A stretch of 39,053 nt of DNA from Candidatus Micrarchaeota archaeon (GTDB lineage: Archaea > Micrarchaeota > Micrarchaeia > Micrarchaeales > CABMGC01): assembly GCA_021809925.1 (NCBI GenBank), contig JAJZJV010000003.1, positions 1 through 39,053 on the forward strand, written 5' to 3'. The translations under genes and the position numbers were made by a program. Positions within the stretch are counted from its first letter, which is position 1. Each line of letters starts with the position of its first letter. This document shows positions 18,382 through 27,515 of this stretch, piece by piece. Under the pieces are notes generated by a model. That model was not told the origin of the DNA. It saw only the letters and a list, made by a program, of their open reading frames with translations, and searched no databases.

Positions 18382-19323
18382 ATGGAGAAAGTACTGATTA
18401 CTGGAGTTACGGGATTTATTGGAAGACATGTCGCTGCAAAGCTTGCTGAAAAAGGATATGAGGTCCACAGCATAGAGCGATATGTCACTGGAAGATATAC
18501 TATAGACAGCAAGAAAATAATGACACATTATGCTAATCTTACTGATTATCCTGCAATAAAGCACATAGTCAGGGGTGTAAAGCCTGACTATTGCATGCAC
18601 ATCGCTGCGATATCTCCTGTTGCATTCGGATACGAACATTTCATAGAAGTGACCGAGACCAATTATCTTGCAACAATGAATCTCGCAGAATCCTGTTATA
18701 GAGATGTTCCTTATTTCAAGCAGTTCATATTTGCAGGCACGAGCGAAGAATATGGGATGACTCTTACTGATAGGAACTCCTTTCTAACAGAGGAATCTGA
18801 GCTTCATCCAAATAGCCCATATGCGATAGCTAAAGTTGCCTCGGATCTCTATCTAAGATATATGAATGAGGCTTATGACTTCCCATGCACGATACTGAGA
18901 CCATTTAATACTTATGGGAGGACTGACAACAAGCATTTCTTCATTGAGAGAACAATAACACAAATGCTGGAAGGAAAGAATGTTTATCTTGGTTCAAAAG
19001 ATGCTGTTAGAGACTGGATGTATTTGGATGACCATGTTGATGCATACATTAAAAGCCTTGGCAATGAGAAAGCCATCGGCGAAGTAATTCAAGTATGTAC
19101 TGGAAAAGGCTATACTACTGAAGAAACAGCTAATATTATAGCCAATCTTGTCGGATTTGAAGGCGAAGTAGTATGGAACAGCACACAGATACGCCCTTTG
19201 GATGCAAAAGTTCTTATTGGGGATAATTCAAAGGCAAAGAAAATACTCGGATGGGAGCCGCGCTATCAGTTAGAAGAAGGACTTAAAAAGACAATCGACC
19301 ACTGGAGAAAAGCTCAGAGTTAA
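18382..19323 (+). CDS. NAD-dependent epimerase/dehydratase (extended SDR)
   Basis: 313-aa ORF with VLITGVTGFIGRHV (GxxGxxG), GTSEEYG, and SPYAIAKVASD (YxxxK). Confidence 0.85.
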   Translation: MEKVLITGVTGFIGRHVAAKLAEKGYEVHSIERYVTGRYTIDSKKIMTHYANLTDYPAIKHIVRGVKPDYCMHIAAISPVAFGYEHFIEVTETNYLATMNLAESCYRDVPYFKQFIFAGTSEEYGMTLTDRNSFLTEESELHPNSPYAIAKVASDLYLRYMNEAYDFPCTILRPFNTYGRTDNKHFFIERTITQMLEGKNVYLGSKDAVRDWMYLDDHVDAYIKSLGNEKAIGEVIQVCTGKGYTTEETANIIANLVGFEGEVVWNSTQIRPLDAKVLIGDNSKAKKILGWEPRYQLEEGLKKTIDHWRKAQS

Positions 19324-19441
19324 ACAGGGTAATACGTTATCAAATCTCTATTTTTGCAGCGTAATCTTTATTGGATTTTTGCAAATATCTCTCCACGCCC
19401 TTTAAGATGTATTCCATAACTTATCCCTGTTTTATATAACA

Positions 19442-20476
19442 CTACTTCTTAATAAAATCCACCACTCTATCTGCAGAATATGCTTTCATCCCTCCGCCAT
19501 TCTTGAAGAACGAATCAAACCAGAGTGCGGTTTGTTTCACAGATTCCTCAAAGCTCATTTTCGGCTTCCAATTCAGTTTTGTTCTTGATTTAGTGGAATC
19601 AAGCAGGAGCAGTTCTTCCTCCAACCTTTTCTCTGGTCTCTTTATCTCATATTTCATGTTCCAGTGCATAGAGAATTCCTTCACCAGGTCGAGAACCGTT
19701 TTAGTCTCGTTTGCTGAGAAATTCCAAGCGCCAGAATATCCTTTTGGATCATGGTAAAGATTCTCGCATAAAATAAGATAACCATTAATTACATCAAGGA
19801 CATTGGACCATGGCCTTATTGATTCTGGATTTTTTATGATAAGTTTGGTTCTTTCTTTTTTGGCATTTACTATATCCGTAATTATTCTTCTTTCTCCCCA
19901 GTCTCCCCCTCCAATAATATTTCCGGCTCTGGCAGTAGCAACTCCTGCACCAGTAAAGAAACTTTCCTCATATGCTTTGGTTATCAGTTCTGAACAGGCT
20001 TTGCTAGAGCTGTATGGATCATTCCCTCCTAGTTTATCTTCTTCTACATATGGTTCTTTTCTATTCAGATTCTCATAAACCTTGTCTGTAGTCACATTTA
20101 TTATTACCTTAACCGCAGCTTCTTTACGCGAAGCCTCCAGTAAATTTAGTGTTCCAACCACATTTGTAGTATAAGTATCTAGAGGATTCTCATATGATCT
20201 GAGCAATATCGGCTGCGCTGCGAGATGCAATATAATCTCTGGTTTATGCTCTTTTATTGCGTCTGATATCTCTTTCCCATTTCTGATATCTCCTTTTATA
20301 TTAGTAATATTTTTTTCAATGCCGAGCAATTCATAGTGGGAAGGATTTGATGGTGGATTAAGGGAAAATCCAACAACATCTGCCTCAAGCATATTCAACC
20401 ATAGCGTTACCCAGGAGCCAACAAAACCCGTATGTCCTGTTATAAGTACTCTCTTATTCTTGAAAAATGAGCTCAA
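19442..20476 (-). CDS. rfbG: CDP-glucose 4,6-dehydratase
   Basis: 344-aa ORF with FFKNKRVLITGHTGFVGSWVTLWL, LHLAAQPILLRSYENPLDTYTTNVVGT and YSSSKACSE, the characteristic RfbG pattern. Confidence 0.85.
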   Translation of the reverse strand: MSSFFKNKRVLITGHTGFVGSWVTLWLNMLEADVVGFSLNPPSNPSHYELLGIEKNITNIKGDIRNGKEISDAIKEHKPEIILHLAAQPILLRSYENPLDTYTTNVVGTLNLLEASRKEAAVKVIINVTTDKVYENLNRKEPYVEEDKLGGNDPYSSSKACSELITKAYEESFFTGAGVATARAGNIIGGGDWGERRIITDIVNAKKERTKLIIKNPESIRPWSNVLDVINGYLILCENLYHDPKGYSGAWNFSANETKTVLDLVKEFSMHWNMKYEIKRPEKRLEEELLLLDSTKSRTKLNWKPKMSFEESVKQTALWFDSFFKNGGGMKAYSADRVVDFIKK

Positions 20477-21396
20477 GCAATAACCTCCTTTATTTTTTCA
20501 TACATCTTCTCTGCTGTAAGTCCATACCTATCCAACAGATAATCTCTGCTTCCAGAGATATGTACAAACTCGTCAGGAAGCGAGAACTTAAGGACCTTGG
20601 AATCAATTCCCGTAATCGAGGATGCAACTTTGTCAAACAAAGCTCCGGTGCTATCCTCAATAGTCACAACCAAGCTCTTGCCTTCTGCAGCAGATACGAT
20701 GGCAGGATAATCAAAAGGCTTCAATGTATGTATTTCCATAACTTCCACCGATCCTCCATCATTATCTAGCATATCTGCAAGCGCCATTGCTGCTCTAGTC
20801 ATGATTCCTGTCGATACAATAAGTATCTTGTCACCATCCCTAAGCCTTAGCGCTTTTCCTATCTTTATAGAACTATATTTTCCATGCTCTATATTTGGCT
20901 CGTTTTTTGCAAGGCGCATATAAACTGGTTTTTTGAAATCTTCCAGATGTTTCATAAACATCTCAACTTCTTTTGGGTCCGACGGGCTAAGAATTGTGAG
21001 ATTAGGTATAGCATCAGCTACTTTCAAATCCTCAAAAGGCAGGTGCGTAGATCCTGCGTCAGAGTACGCCAACCCCGCACCAACTCCTATCAATCTGACA
21101 GGAAGGTTATGGTAACATATGTCATTTCTTACCTGTTCGAATGGCCTATACAATAAGAAAGGTATAATTGAATATACAAAGACTTTTTTACCAGCAAGAG
21201 CCAAACCTGCAGATACCCCAATCATATTTTGCTCCGATATTCCTGCATTTATAAATTTGTCCGGATGCCTTTCCTTTATCGGCTCGAATACTGAGAATCC
21301 AAGGTCGCCTGTGATTAGATATGTATCATTCTTCTTATTCTCTCTCTCGAGATCCATTATCTCAAGCAAACTTTTTGCGAATGCTTTTCTCATCAT
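20473..21396 (-). CDS. transketolase, C-terminal (pyrimidine-binding plus C-terminal domain) subunit
   Basis: 307-aa ORF with FINAGISEQNMIGVSAGLA and GSTHLPFEDL. It has 4-nt overlaps with both neighbouring genes. Confidence 0.85.
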   Translation of the reverse strand: MMRKAFAKSLLEIMDLERENKKNDTYLITGDLGFSVFEPIKERHPDKFINAGISEQNMIGVSAGLALAGKKVFVYSIIPFLLYRPFEQVRNDICYHNLPVRLIGVGAGLAYSDAGSTHLPFEDLKVADAIPNLTILSPSDPKEVEMFMKHLEDFKKPVYMRLAKNEPNIEHGKYSSIKIGKALRLRDGDKILIVSTGIMTRAAMALADMLDNDGGSVEVMEIHTLKPFDYPAIVSAAEGKSLVVTIEDSTGALFDKVASSITGIDSKVLKFSLPDEFVHISGSRDYLLDRYGLTAEKMYEKIKEVIA

Positions 21397-22172
21397 AACT
21401 CCTCATCAAACTCCTCAATCTGTTCTTTTGTCGGAGGCCTGTAGTGCGACTCGAGCCTGTCTTCCATAGACTTAACTCCTTTCCCAAGCACAGTGTGTGC
21501 TACTATTAGCAAAGGGCCTTCATTTTTTGCTTCAAAGACTCTTATGATACTTTCATAATCATGCCCATCTATTTCAACCACATTCCATCCCGCAGCAGCG
21601 AATTCTTCTTTAATTCTTTCTTCTCCAAGCAATGTTCTATCAAAGGCTTGCCATTTATTACTGTCAACAATAGCAATTAGACTTTTAATCTTGTTTATTC
21701 CTACAAAATTCATGGCTTCTAGCGTGCTACCTTCCTGGCATTCACCATCACTCAATAACACATAAACTTTCCCTTTTTCTTTATTCCGTTCCTTCGAAAG
21801 TGCAATTCCTGCAGCTACAGAGAGCCCGTGTCCGAGAGATCCTGTAGCAATTTCAATGCCTTCTGTACCATATAATGGATGCTCTCCAAGACGAGATCCA
21901 TCTTTTCCTAACGAGTCATACGTATTGTCATCAATGATTCTCTTTTTGTGAAGCACAGAGTACAAAGCTAGTGCAGAGTGGCCCTTGCTAAGCACAAATC
22001 TGTCATCATCACCCATTATCTCAAAGTGCAGAGCGATTAGTATATCCAAACAGGAAAGGTCTGAACCTATGTGGGCAATTTTACTCTCATTGTGCTTAAT
22101 GAGCAAATCTTTTCTAAGTTCCTTTGAGAGTGCTTTTAGCTCATCCGCGCTTTTCATTTTCAGGTCCCTCAT
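21393..22172 (-). CDS. transketolase, N-terminal (ThDP diphosphate-binding) subunit
   Basis: 259-aa ORF with HIGSDLSCLDIL, LSKGHSALALY, TGSLGHGL, and the ThDP motif LLSDGECQEGS..EA. Confidence 0.85.
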   Translation of the reverse strand: MRDLKMKSADELKALSKELRKDLLIKHNESKIAHIGSDLSCLDILIALHFEIMGDDDRFVLSKGHSALALYSVLHKKRIIDDNTYDSLGKDGSRLGEHPLYGTEGIEIATGSLGHGLSVAAGIALSKERNKEKGKVYVLLSDGECQEGSTLEAMNFVGINKIKSLIAIVDSNKWQAFDRTLLGEERIKEEFAAAGWNVVEIDGHDYESIIRVFEAKNEGPLLIVAHTVLGKGVKSMEDRLESHYRPPTKEQIEEFDEEL

Positions 22173-23064
22173 AAAGTGCTATATTCTTCTCCATCCATCT
22201 CTTTGTCTTCTCTAATCCGTCTTTTAATGTTGTTTCTGGGATCCACCCGATCTCTTTTTTGATCTTTGTTATATCTGCTTGCCATACTCTCTCTTTTTCA
22301 GGTTCTCTATCCTCATTATCCCATACTGCATCTACGCCAAGCATCTTAACAACTTCCGATATCTTGCTCTGGAGCCCTGATCCAACATTGAATATCTCTC
22401 CGCTCTCAATATTATCCCTATTCTTTATTACTTTTTCATAAGCTCTCGAGACATCCTCTACAAAGACAAAATCCCTCACATTCTCAGGGTTTGACAGTTT
22501 TGCTCTCTCTCTTTTTATCAGAGAATATAGCAATGTTGGTATCAGCCTATGTTTTTCTTCATAATAACCATAAACGGAGAACAAGCGCAGAGTAGCTACC
22601 TTCCCCGTAGATTTTCTTAAACGTAACAAGTTAGATACGAGGGCCTTTGACATTGCGTAATCTGTACTTGGTTCTAACGTGTCAGTTTCCTTCATGGGCT
22701 TCTTCTTTAGCCCATACTCCGAGCTGCTTCCAGTATTTATAAACAAAGATATGTTTTCGGACGCATCAAGCAGATTAAGAGTTCCAAGTATATTGGTTTT
22801 TATGGCCTTCTCGGTATCTTTCTCAAAGTGATAGCCACCATACACTGCGCAATGAATCAAGACGTCTGGTTTTAATTTTTTAAGCATGTCTATTGTCTTG
22901 CCTCTATTGCAAATATCAAGATATTCTACATTTATCCCTTCCGTTCTCCAGTTACCTACTGATCTCGTCAAGCCTACGACTTCATTATCCTTGCCAAGGT
23001 GCTTAGCAACGTTTGAACCCACAAACCCTGATGCTCCTGTTACTACTATCTTCAAACTTTCCAT
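22141..23064 (-). CDS. NAD(P)-dependent epimerase/reductase (extended SDR)
   Basis: 307-aa ORF with IVVTGASGFVGSNVAKHL, GSSSEYG and DYAMSKALVS (YxxxK). It overlaps both the upstream and downstream genes. Confidence 0.85.
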   Translation of the reverse strand: MESLKIVVTGASGFVGSNVAKHLGKDNEVVGLTRSVGNWRTEGINVEYLDICNRGKTIDMLKKLKPDVLIHCAVYGGYHFEKDTEKAIKTNILGTLNLLDASENISLFINTGSSSEYGLKKKPMKETDTLEPSTDYAMSKALVSNLLRLRKSTGKVATLRLFSVYGYYEEKHRLIPTLLYSLIKRERAKLSNPENVRDFVFVEDVSRAYEKVIKNRDNIESGEIFNVGSGLQSKISEVVKMLGVDAVWDNEDREPEKERVWQADITKIKKEIGWIPETTLKDGLEKTKRWMEKNIALYEGPENEKRG

Positions 23065-23822
23065 ACATCTGCCACTCTTTCTCTTTTTTCCAAGATCTTT
23101 TCCAGGTCTTTCTTATCTTTCAGCGTGTCAACGCATTTCCAAAATCCTTCGTATTTATATGCACAAAGCTCTCCATCTTCAGAAAGCTGTTGCAGAGGGA
23201 AGGTCTCAAATGGCATTTCATCTCCTTCTATATACTTCAGAACTTTCTTTGACAAGACCATATAACCGCCATTTATGAATGGGCTCCGTTCAAGACGTTT
23301 CTCCTGGAAGGAAGTTACAAGGTCTCCATCCATCTCTAAGATCCCGAACCTAGGCATCCTCACGGCAGTCAGCGTCGCCATTTTTCCGTGCTTATTGTGG
23401 AAATCCAGTAATTTCTTTATATTAATGTCAGAAACGCCATCTCCGTAAGTCAGCATGAATGTATCGTCTTTAATATACTCCGCAGCCCGCTTTATCCTAC
23501 CTCCTGTCATCGTGTCAATTCCTGTATCAACAACCGTTACTTTCCAGTCAGGGGCATTTTTCTTTAATGTCTCGACTTTACCTGTGGAAACGTCAACCTT
23601 AAAGTCGTCGGAAGCCATGGAAAGACTTGCGAAATAGCTTTTTATCTTCTCTGATTTGTATCCTGCTGCAATCACGAAGTCATTAAATCCCCAATAGGCA
23701 TATGTCTTCATAATGTACCATAAAAGCGGCTTTCCAGCTATCTCAATCAAGGGTTTCGGGACTAAGGATGTCTCTTCGCTCAATCTGGTTCCGTATCCTC
23801 CTGCAAGTATTACGACTTTCAT
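23052..23822 (-). CDS. rfbF: glucose-1-phosphate cytidylyltransferase-like sugar nucleotidyltransferase
   Basis: 256-aa ORF with MKVVILAGGYGTRLSEETSLVPKPLIEIAGKPLLWYIMK.Y...GFNDFVIAAGYK, the RfbF signature. Confidence 0.8.
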   Translation of the reverse strand: MKVVILAGGYGTRLSEETSLVPKPLIEIAGKPLLWYIMKTYAYWGFNDFVIAAGYKSEKIKSYFASLSMASDDFKVDVSTGKVETLKKNAPDWKVTVVDTGIDTMTGGRIKRAAEYIKDDTFMLTYGDGVSDINIKKLLDFHNKHGKMATLTAVRMPRFGILEMDGDLVTSFQEKRLERSPFINGGYMVLSKKVLKYIEGDEMPFETFPLQQLSEDGELCAYKYEGFWKCVDTLKDKKDLEKILEKRERVADVWKV

Positions 23823-23949
23823 CTATATCACTCAAACATGAGAACCTTAATATCATGGCGTTAATATAATAAATATAGTAAGATATATTATGCTTATAGC
23901 CGCATAAAGAAGGTTTTAAACTCAAAAACTAATCAGCACAGTGGTGTCT

Positions 23950-24507
23950 ATGGAGCTTAAAGATGTTGAGAAGTACATAAACGATGGCATAAAAGCAAGA
24001 TCCGGGATAGATCCGAAACAAGTTCTAGACGTTGGGAAAGAGATAGGACGCAGGATGCTTGAAGGAAAGAAATTGATATTGTGTGGAAATGGGGGAAGCG
24101 CAGCAGACGCGCAGCACATAGCTGCAGAATTCGTGTGCAAATTCAAGAAGGAGCGGAAGGCATTGCCTGCATTTGCGCTTCATACAAACACATCAACAAT
24201 AACGGCAATAGGCAATGATTATAGCTATGATAACATATACGAGAGGCAGATAGAGGCGTTTGCATCTGCTGGCGATATCGTGATAGGGATCTCGACAAGC
24301 GGCAATTCTATAAACGTAATAAAAGCGATAGAAAAGGCCAATAAACTTGGATGCCTTACTATAGCATTCACAAGCAAGAGTGGGGGCAAGCTCAAAGAAA
24401 AGGCAAGCATTGTATTCAGCATAGATAGCAATGACACCCCAATAGTGCAAGAATCCTATCTTGCTGTGGGCCATATGCTGTCTCAGATCGTTGAGGATAT
24501 GGTATGA
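23950..24507 (+). CDS. gmhA: phosphoheptose (sedoheptulose-7-phosphate) isomerase, SIS domain
   Basis: LCGNGGSAADAQHIAAEF, AL.TN.S..TAIGNDY and GISTSGNS. ATG at 23950 is preferred over the GTG at 23941. Confidence 0.85.
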   Translation: MELKDVEKYINDGIKARSGIDPKQVLDVGKEIGRRMLEGKKLILCGNGGSAADAQHIAAEFVCKFKKERKALPAFALHTNTSTITAIGNDYSYDNIYERQIEAFASAGDIVIGISTSGNSINVIKAIEKANKLGCLTIAFTSKSGGKLKEKASIVFSIDSNDTPIVQESYLAVGHMLSQIVEDMV

Positions 24508-25022
24508 AGCCTGCCTTGTTTCTGGACAGAGACGGAACCATAAATATTGATTGTCCTTACTGCAGAAATGCAGATGAGATACATATATATGAGGATATCT
24601 TCGAACCGCTAGCGAAGCTGTCTAAAGATTTCTATATAATAATACTTACCAACCAGTCTGGCTTGGCCAGAGGCTACTTTACGGAAAAAGATCTGGAAGA
24701 CATGCACATCAAAATACGGAAAGAAGTGGAAGAGCGGGGAGGAAGGATCGATGCTTTCTATTTCTGCCCAGATCTTCCAGACATGGGTTCAAAGTGCAGA
24801 AAGCCAAACACCGGCATGCTGGATCGGGCCATGAACGATTTTGACATAGACAAGGATGGATCCTTTGTTATAGGCAACAGCGATTCCGACATCGAACTTG
24901 GAGATAGGGCAGGAATAAGGGCCATCCGGGTAAGAGAAGAAGGGAATACCGGCAGAAACGGTTTTTATGCTAAGGATTTTTATGAAGTATTAAATATTAT
25001 AATCAAGGAAGAGAGGAAATAA
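24504..25022 (+). CDS. gmhB: D-glycero-D-manno-heptose 1,7-bisphosphate phosphatase (HAD-IIIA)
   Basis: 172-aa ORF with LFLDRDGTIN (DxDGT), LTNQSG, CRKPN.GM and GNSDSD. It overlaps the gmhA stop by 4 nt. Confidence 0.8.
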   Translation: MKPALFLDRDGTINIDCPYCRNADEIHIYEDIFEPLAKLSKDFYIIILTNQSGLARGYFTEKDLEDMHIKIRKEVEERGGRIDAFYFCPDLPDMGSKCRKPNTGMLDRAMNDFDIDKDGSFVIGNSDSDIELGDRAGIRAIRVREEGNTGRNGFYAKDFYEVLNIIIKEERK

Positions 25023-25041
25023 AAAATGGATAAGTGATAGC

Positions 25042-25968
25042 ATGGTTGAGATAAGCGGTAAAAACATAATAGTAACTGGTGGTAGCGGTTTCATAGGCAG
25101 CAATCTCGTAGAGAGGCTCTGCAAGGACAATAAGGTTCATGTAATAGACAATATGCATACTGGTTCCAAGAAGAACCTATACGAAGCGATGAAATCCGGC
25201 AATGTAACACTTCACGAAAGCGATGTAAAAAACATCGGCAAACTCGGAATACATGCAGATCTGATATTCCATCTTGGAATGTACTCCGCATCTCCGATGT
25301 ACAGAGAGAACCCCCATCTTGTCAGCGAAGTTGTTGACGGGATGATCAGCGTCCTTGAGTATGCTAAGGCAAATAAGGTGCAGGTTGTGCTTGCATCCAC
25401 CTCTTCGATATACAATGGCATAAATCCGCCACACAAGGAAGATATAGTTCCAAAGGTCACTGATTATTATACTGAGGCAAGAATAGCAGCAGAACGCCTA
25501 TCAGAGCTTTACTCTAAATTACATGGGGTAAATGTTGCTGCAATGCGATTCTTCTCAATATATGGAAGGCACGAGGAATCAAAGAAGGGATATGCAAACC
25601 TCATTACACAATTCATCTGGGCGATGAGGAAAGGGGAGAGCCCCGTAATCTACGGCGATGGGAAGCAGAAGAGGGATTTTGTCTACGTCTCTGATGTTGT
25701 TGAAGCATTGATAAAAGGAACTGCGGTAAAGGGCTTTCTGGTAATTAATGTCGGGACAGGAAAGAATTATACCATAAATGAGATGGTAGAAAAGATAAAT
25801 TCAGCCCTAGGGACAAACGTGCCTCCAAAATACATCGCCATGCCTGTCTCAAATTATGTGATGGAGACGCTTGCAGATACAACAAAGGCTGAAAGATTGA
25901 TAGGCTTCAAAGCCAGCGTCTCATTAGATGATGGGATAAGGCGAATAATCAAAGAGGAAGGGCAATGA
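25042..25968 (+). CDS. NAD-dependent sugar epimerase/dehydratase family (extended SDR) with an atypical YxxxR catalytic motif
   Basis: 308-aa ORF with IIVTGGSGFIGSNLVERL and ASTSSIYNG. The expected YxxxK reads YTEAR (Y143, R147; codon AGA at 25480-25482). Confidence 0.8.
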   Translation: MVEISGKNIIVTGGSGFIGSNLVERLCKDNKVHVIDNMHTGSKKNLYEAMKSGNVTLHESDVKNIGKLGIHADLIFHLGMYSASPMYRENPHLVSEVVDGMISVLEYAKANKVQVVLASTSSIYNGINPPHKEDIVPKVTDYYTEARIAAERLSELYSKLHGVNVAAMRFFSIYGRHEESKKGYANLITQFIWAMRKGESPVIYGDGKQKRDFVYVSDVVEALIKGTAVKGFLVINVGTGKNYTINEMVEKINSALGTNVPPKYIAMPVSNYVMETLADTTKAERLIGFKASVSLDDGIRRIIKEEGQ

Positions 25969-26969
25969 AAGAGCATCCAGCAAAGAGAAGGATGATAATG
26001 TCAAAGACGCCACTGAGAATAACCTTCGTTGGGGGCGGAACGGATCTGTCTCAATATTATTCTTCATACGGCACTGGGTGCGTAATATCTGCAGCGATCA
26101 ACAAATACATTTATGTACTTGTGCACAAAGCTTTCGACAATAAAACAAGGGTCAGGTACTCCAAGACTGAGATAGTGGACAACATAGAAGACATAGAGCA
26201 CCCTACGGTAAGGGAAGCGCTTAAGCTCTTGGAGATCACTGATGGGATAGATATAAACGTAGTTGCAGACATCACTGATGGGGGCACTGGCCTTGGATCA
26301 AGCAGCGCTTTCCTAGTAGGATTGCTCAATGCGTTGCATGCGTGGAAAGGAGAGTATATTGGAGCTACACGGCTGGCTGAAGAAGCTGTGCTTATAGAAC
26401 GAGGAATTCTCAAGGAGCCTGGCGGAAAGCAGGATCAGTACATAGCCGCGCTTGGCGGAATACAGTTCTTGGAGTTCAATAAAGATGAAACCGTAGTCAA
26501 CACCCCAATAATAATGTATGAAGAGAGCAGGCGCAGGCTGGAAGAGAGCCTACTTTTCATGTATACTGGAAAGCAGAGGAAGTCTACAGAGATACTCAAA
26601 AAGCAGTCCGCAGACATCTCTGCGCACATTGCCTCTTATAATAAGATGGCTTCACTGGCCAGCGAAATGTTCACAAGTCTGATAGATAACAGATGGATTG
26701 ATACTGGGAAGTATCTGCATGAGAATTGGCTGCTGAAAAGAACCCTAAGCGAAGGCATAAGCAACGAATGGATAGATTCCATATACGATAGAGCCATGGA
26801 CTCAGGTGCACTTGGAGGAAAGCTTATCGGCGCAGGTGCTGGTGGTTTCATGCTCTTCTTCGCCCCTTCAGATAAGCACGAAGAGATAATTCGGGCTCTC
26901 CCGGAACTAAAGCAGGAGCCATTTGAGTTTGAGGCGTTGGGAAGCAGGATAATATATATTGGGGACTGA
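25965..26969 (+). CDS. hddA: GHMP-family sugar kinase, D-glycero-D-manno-heptose 7-phosphate kinase-like
   Basis: 334-aa ORF with TPLRITFVGGGTDL, GTGLGSSSAF (GHMP motif II) and GGKLIGAGAGGF (motif III). It overlaps the SDR stop by 4 nt. Confidence 0.8.
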   Translation: MKEHPAKRRMIMSKTPLRITFVGGGTDLSQYYSSYGTGCVISAAINKYIYVLVHKAFDNKTRVRYSKTEIVDNIEDIEHPTVREALKLLEITDGIDINVVADITDGGTGLGSSSAFLVGLLNALHAWKGEYIGATRLAEEAVLIERGILKEPGGKQDQYIAALGGIQFLEFNKDETVVNTPIIMYEESRRRLEESLLFMYTGKQRKSTEILKKQSADISAHIASYNKMASLASEMFTSLIDNRWIDTGKYLHENWLLKRTLSEGISNEWIDSIYDRAMDSGALGGKLIGAGAGGFMLFFAPSDKHEEIIRALPELKQEPFEFEALGSRIIYIGD

Positions 26970-27047
26970 GCCTGCAGAGTTCTTTCGCCCTCCAAACCAC
27001 CCCTCAGGTTAAATATTTTTCATGCCAAAAGCGAATCAGGTATTAAT

Positions 27048-27266
27048 ATGGCATTGAATATAAAATCAGAGGAAAAGACCACGACTCGCCAGAGAGCATT
27101 CATAATGTCGCATCAAGGAGGGAAAAGAACAGATGCCAGCATACTCGGCATAAATCCAAGGGATGCGGTTCTTATTGCAGCAGTCAGGAGCGGTGCTCCT
27201 TTGCGCGATGTCATGGCCGCACTGTCAAGAGTTGACGAAGGTGCGTGCTTCACCCGCATTGTATAA
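27048..27266 (+). CDS. hypothetical small protein (72 aa)
   Basis: The only evidence is an ATG-initiated ORF in an otherwise non-coding gap upstream of the 16S gene. No motif is recognised. Confidence 0.3.
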   Translation: MALNIKSEEKTTTRQRAFIMSHQGGKRTDASILGINPRDAVLIAAVRSGAPLRDVMAALSRVDEGACFTRIV

Positions 27267-27428
27267 GATCTTCAAATCCATCTTATATACCTTTATATGC
27301 ATATTTATTATCAGGCTTTGCGGCAAGGTGCGAGATTAACTTTTTCTTCCCACAACTCTGCAAGAAGGTATTTAAGCTTATTGTTGCAAAGTAATAGAAC
27401 ATAGCATTGCTATTGTATCGTATCTTAA

Positions 27429-27442
27429 AAGGTATATTTACA
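27429..27442 (+). promoter_or_regulatory. candidate 16S rRNA promoter (BRE/TATA-like AAAGGTATATTTAC)
   Basis: An A-rich stretch plus TATATTTA lies about 45 nt upstream of the processing stem. A similar box, AAGGTATTTAAG, occurs near 27365-27376, so these may be tandem promoters. Confidence 0.3.
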
Positions 27443-27484
27443 TCTTAGCTTGCTATTCATGAAAATTCCTGATGGAATTAGATA

Positions 27485-27515
27485 TAGTCTTGAGGAGTGC
27501 AAAGAGGCTCGCAGT
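27485..27515 (+). promoter_or_regulatory. 5' strand of the pre-16S processing stem
   Basis: TAGTCTTGAGGA pairs perfectly with TCCTCAAGACTA at 29593-29604. GAGGC/CGCAG pairs with CTGCG/GCCTC at 29571-29583, with bulges. This fits a bulge-helix-bulge-like excision stem. Confidence 0.65.

Noticed and set aside
23922-24474. Minus-strand ORFs (74, 93 and 70 aa) opposite gmhA
   Set aside because: They are antisense to a gene with unmistakable SIS-domain motifs, and they have no features of their own.
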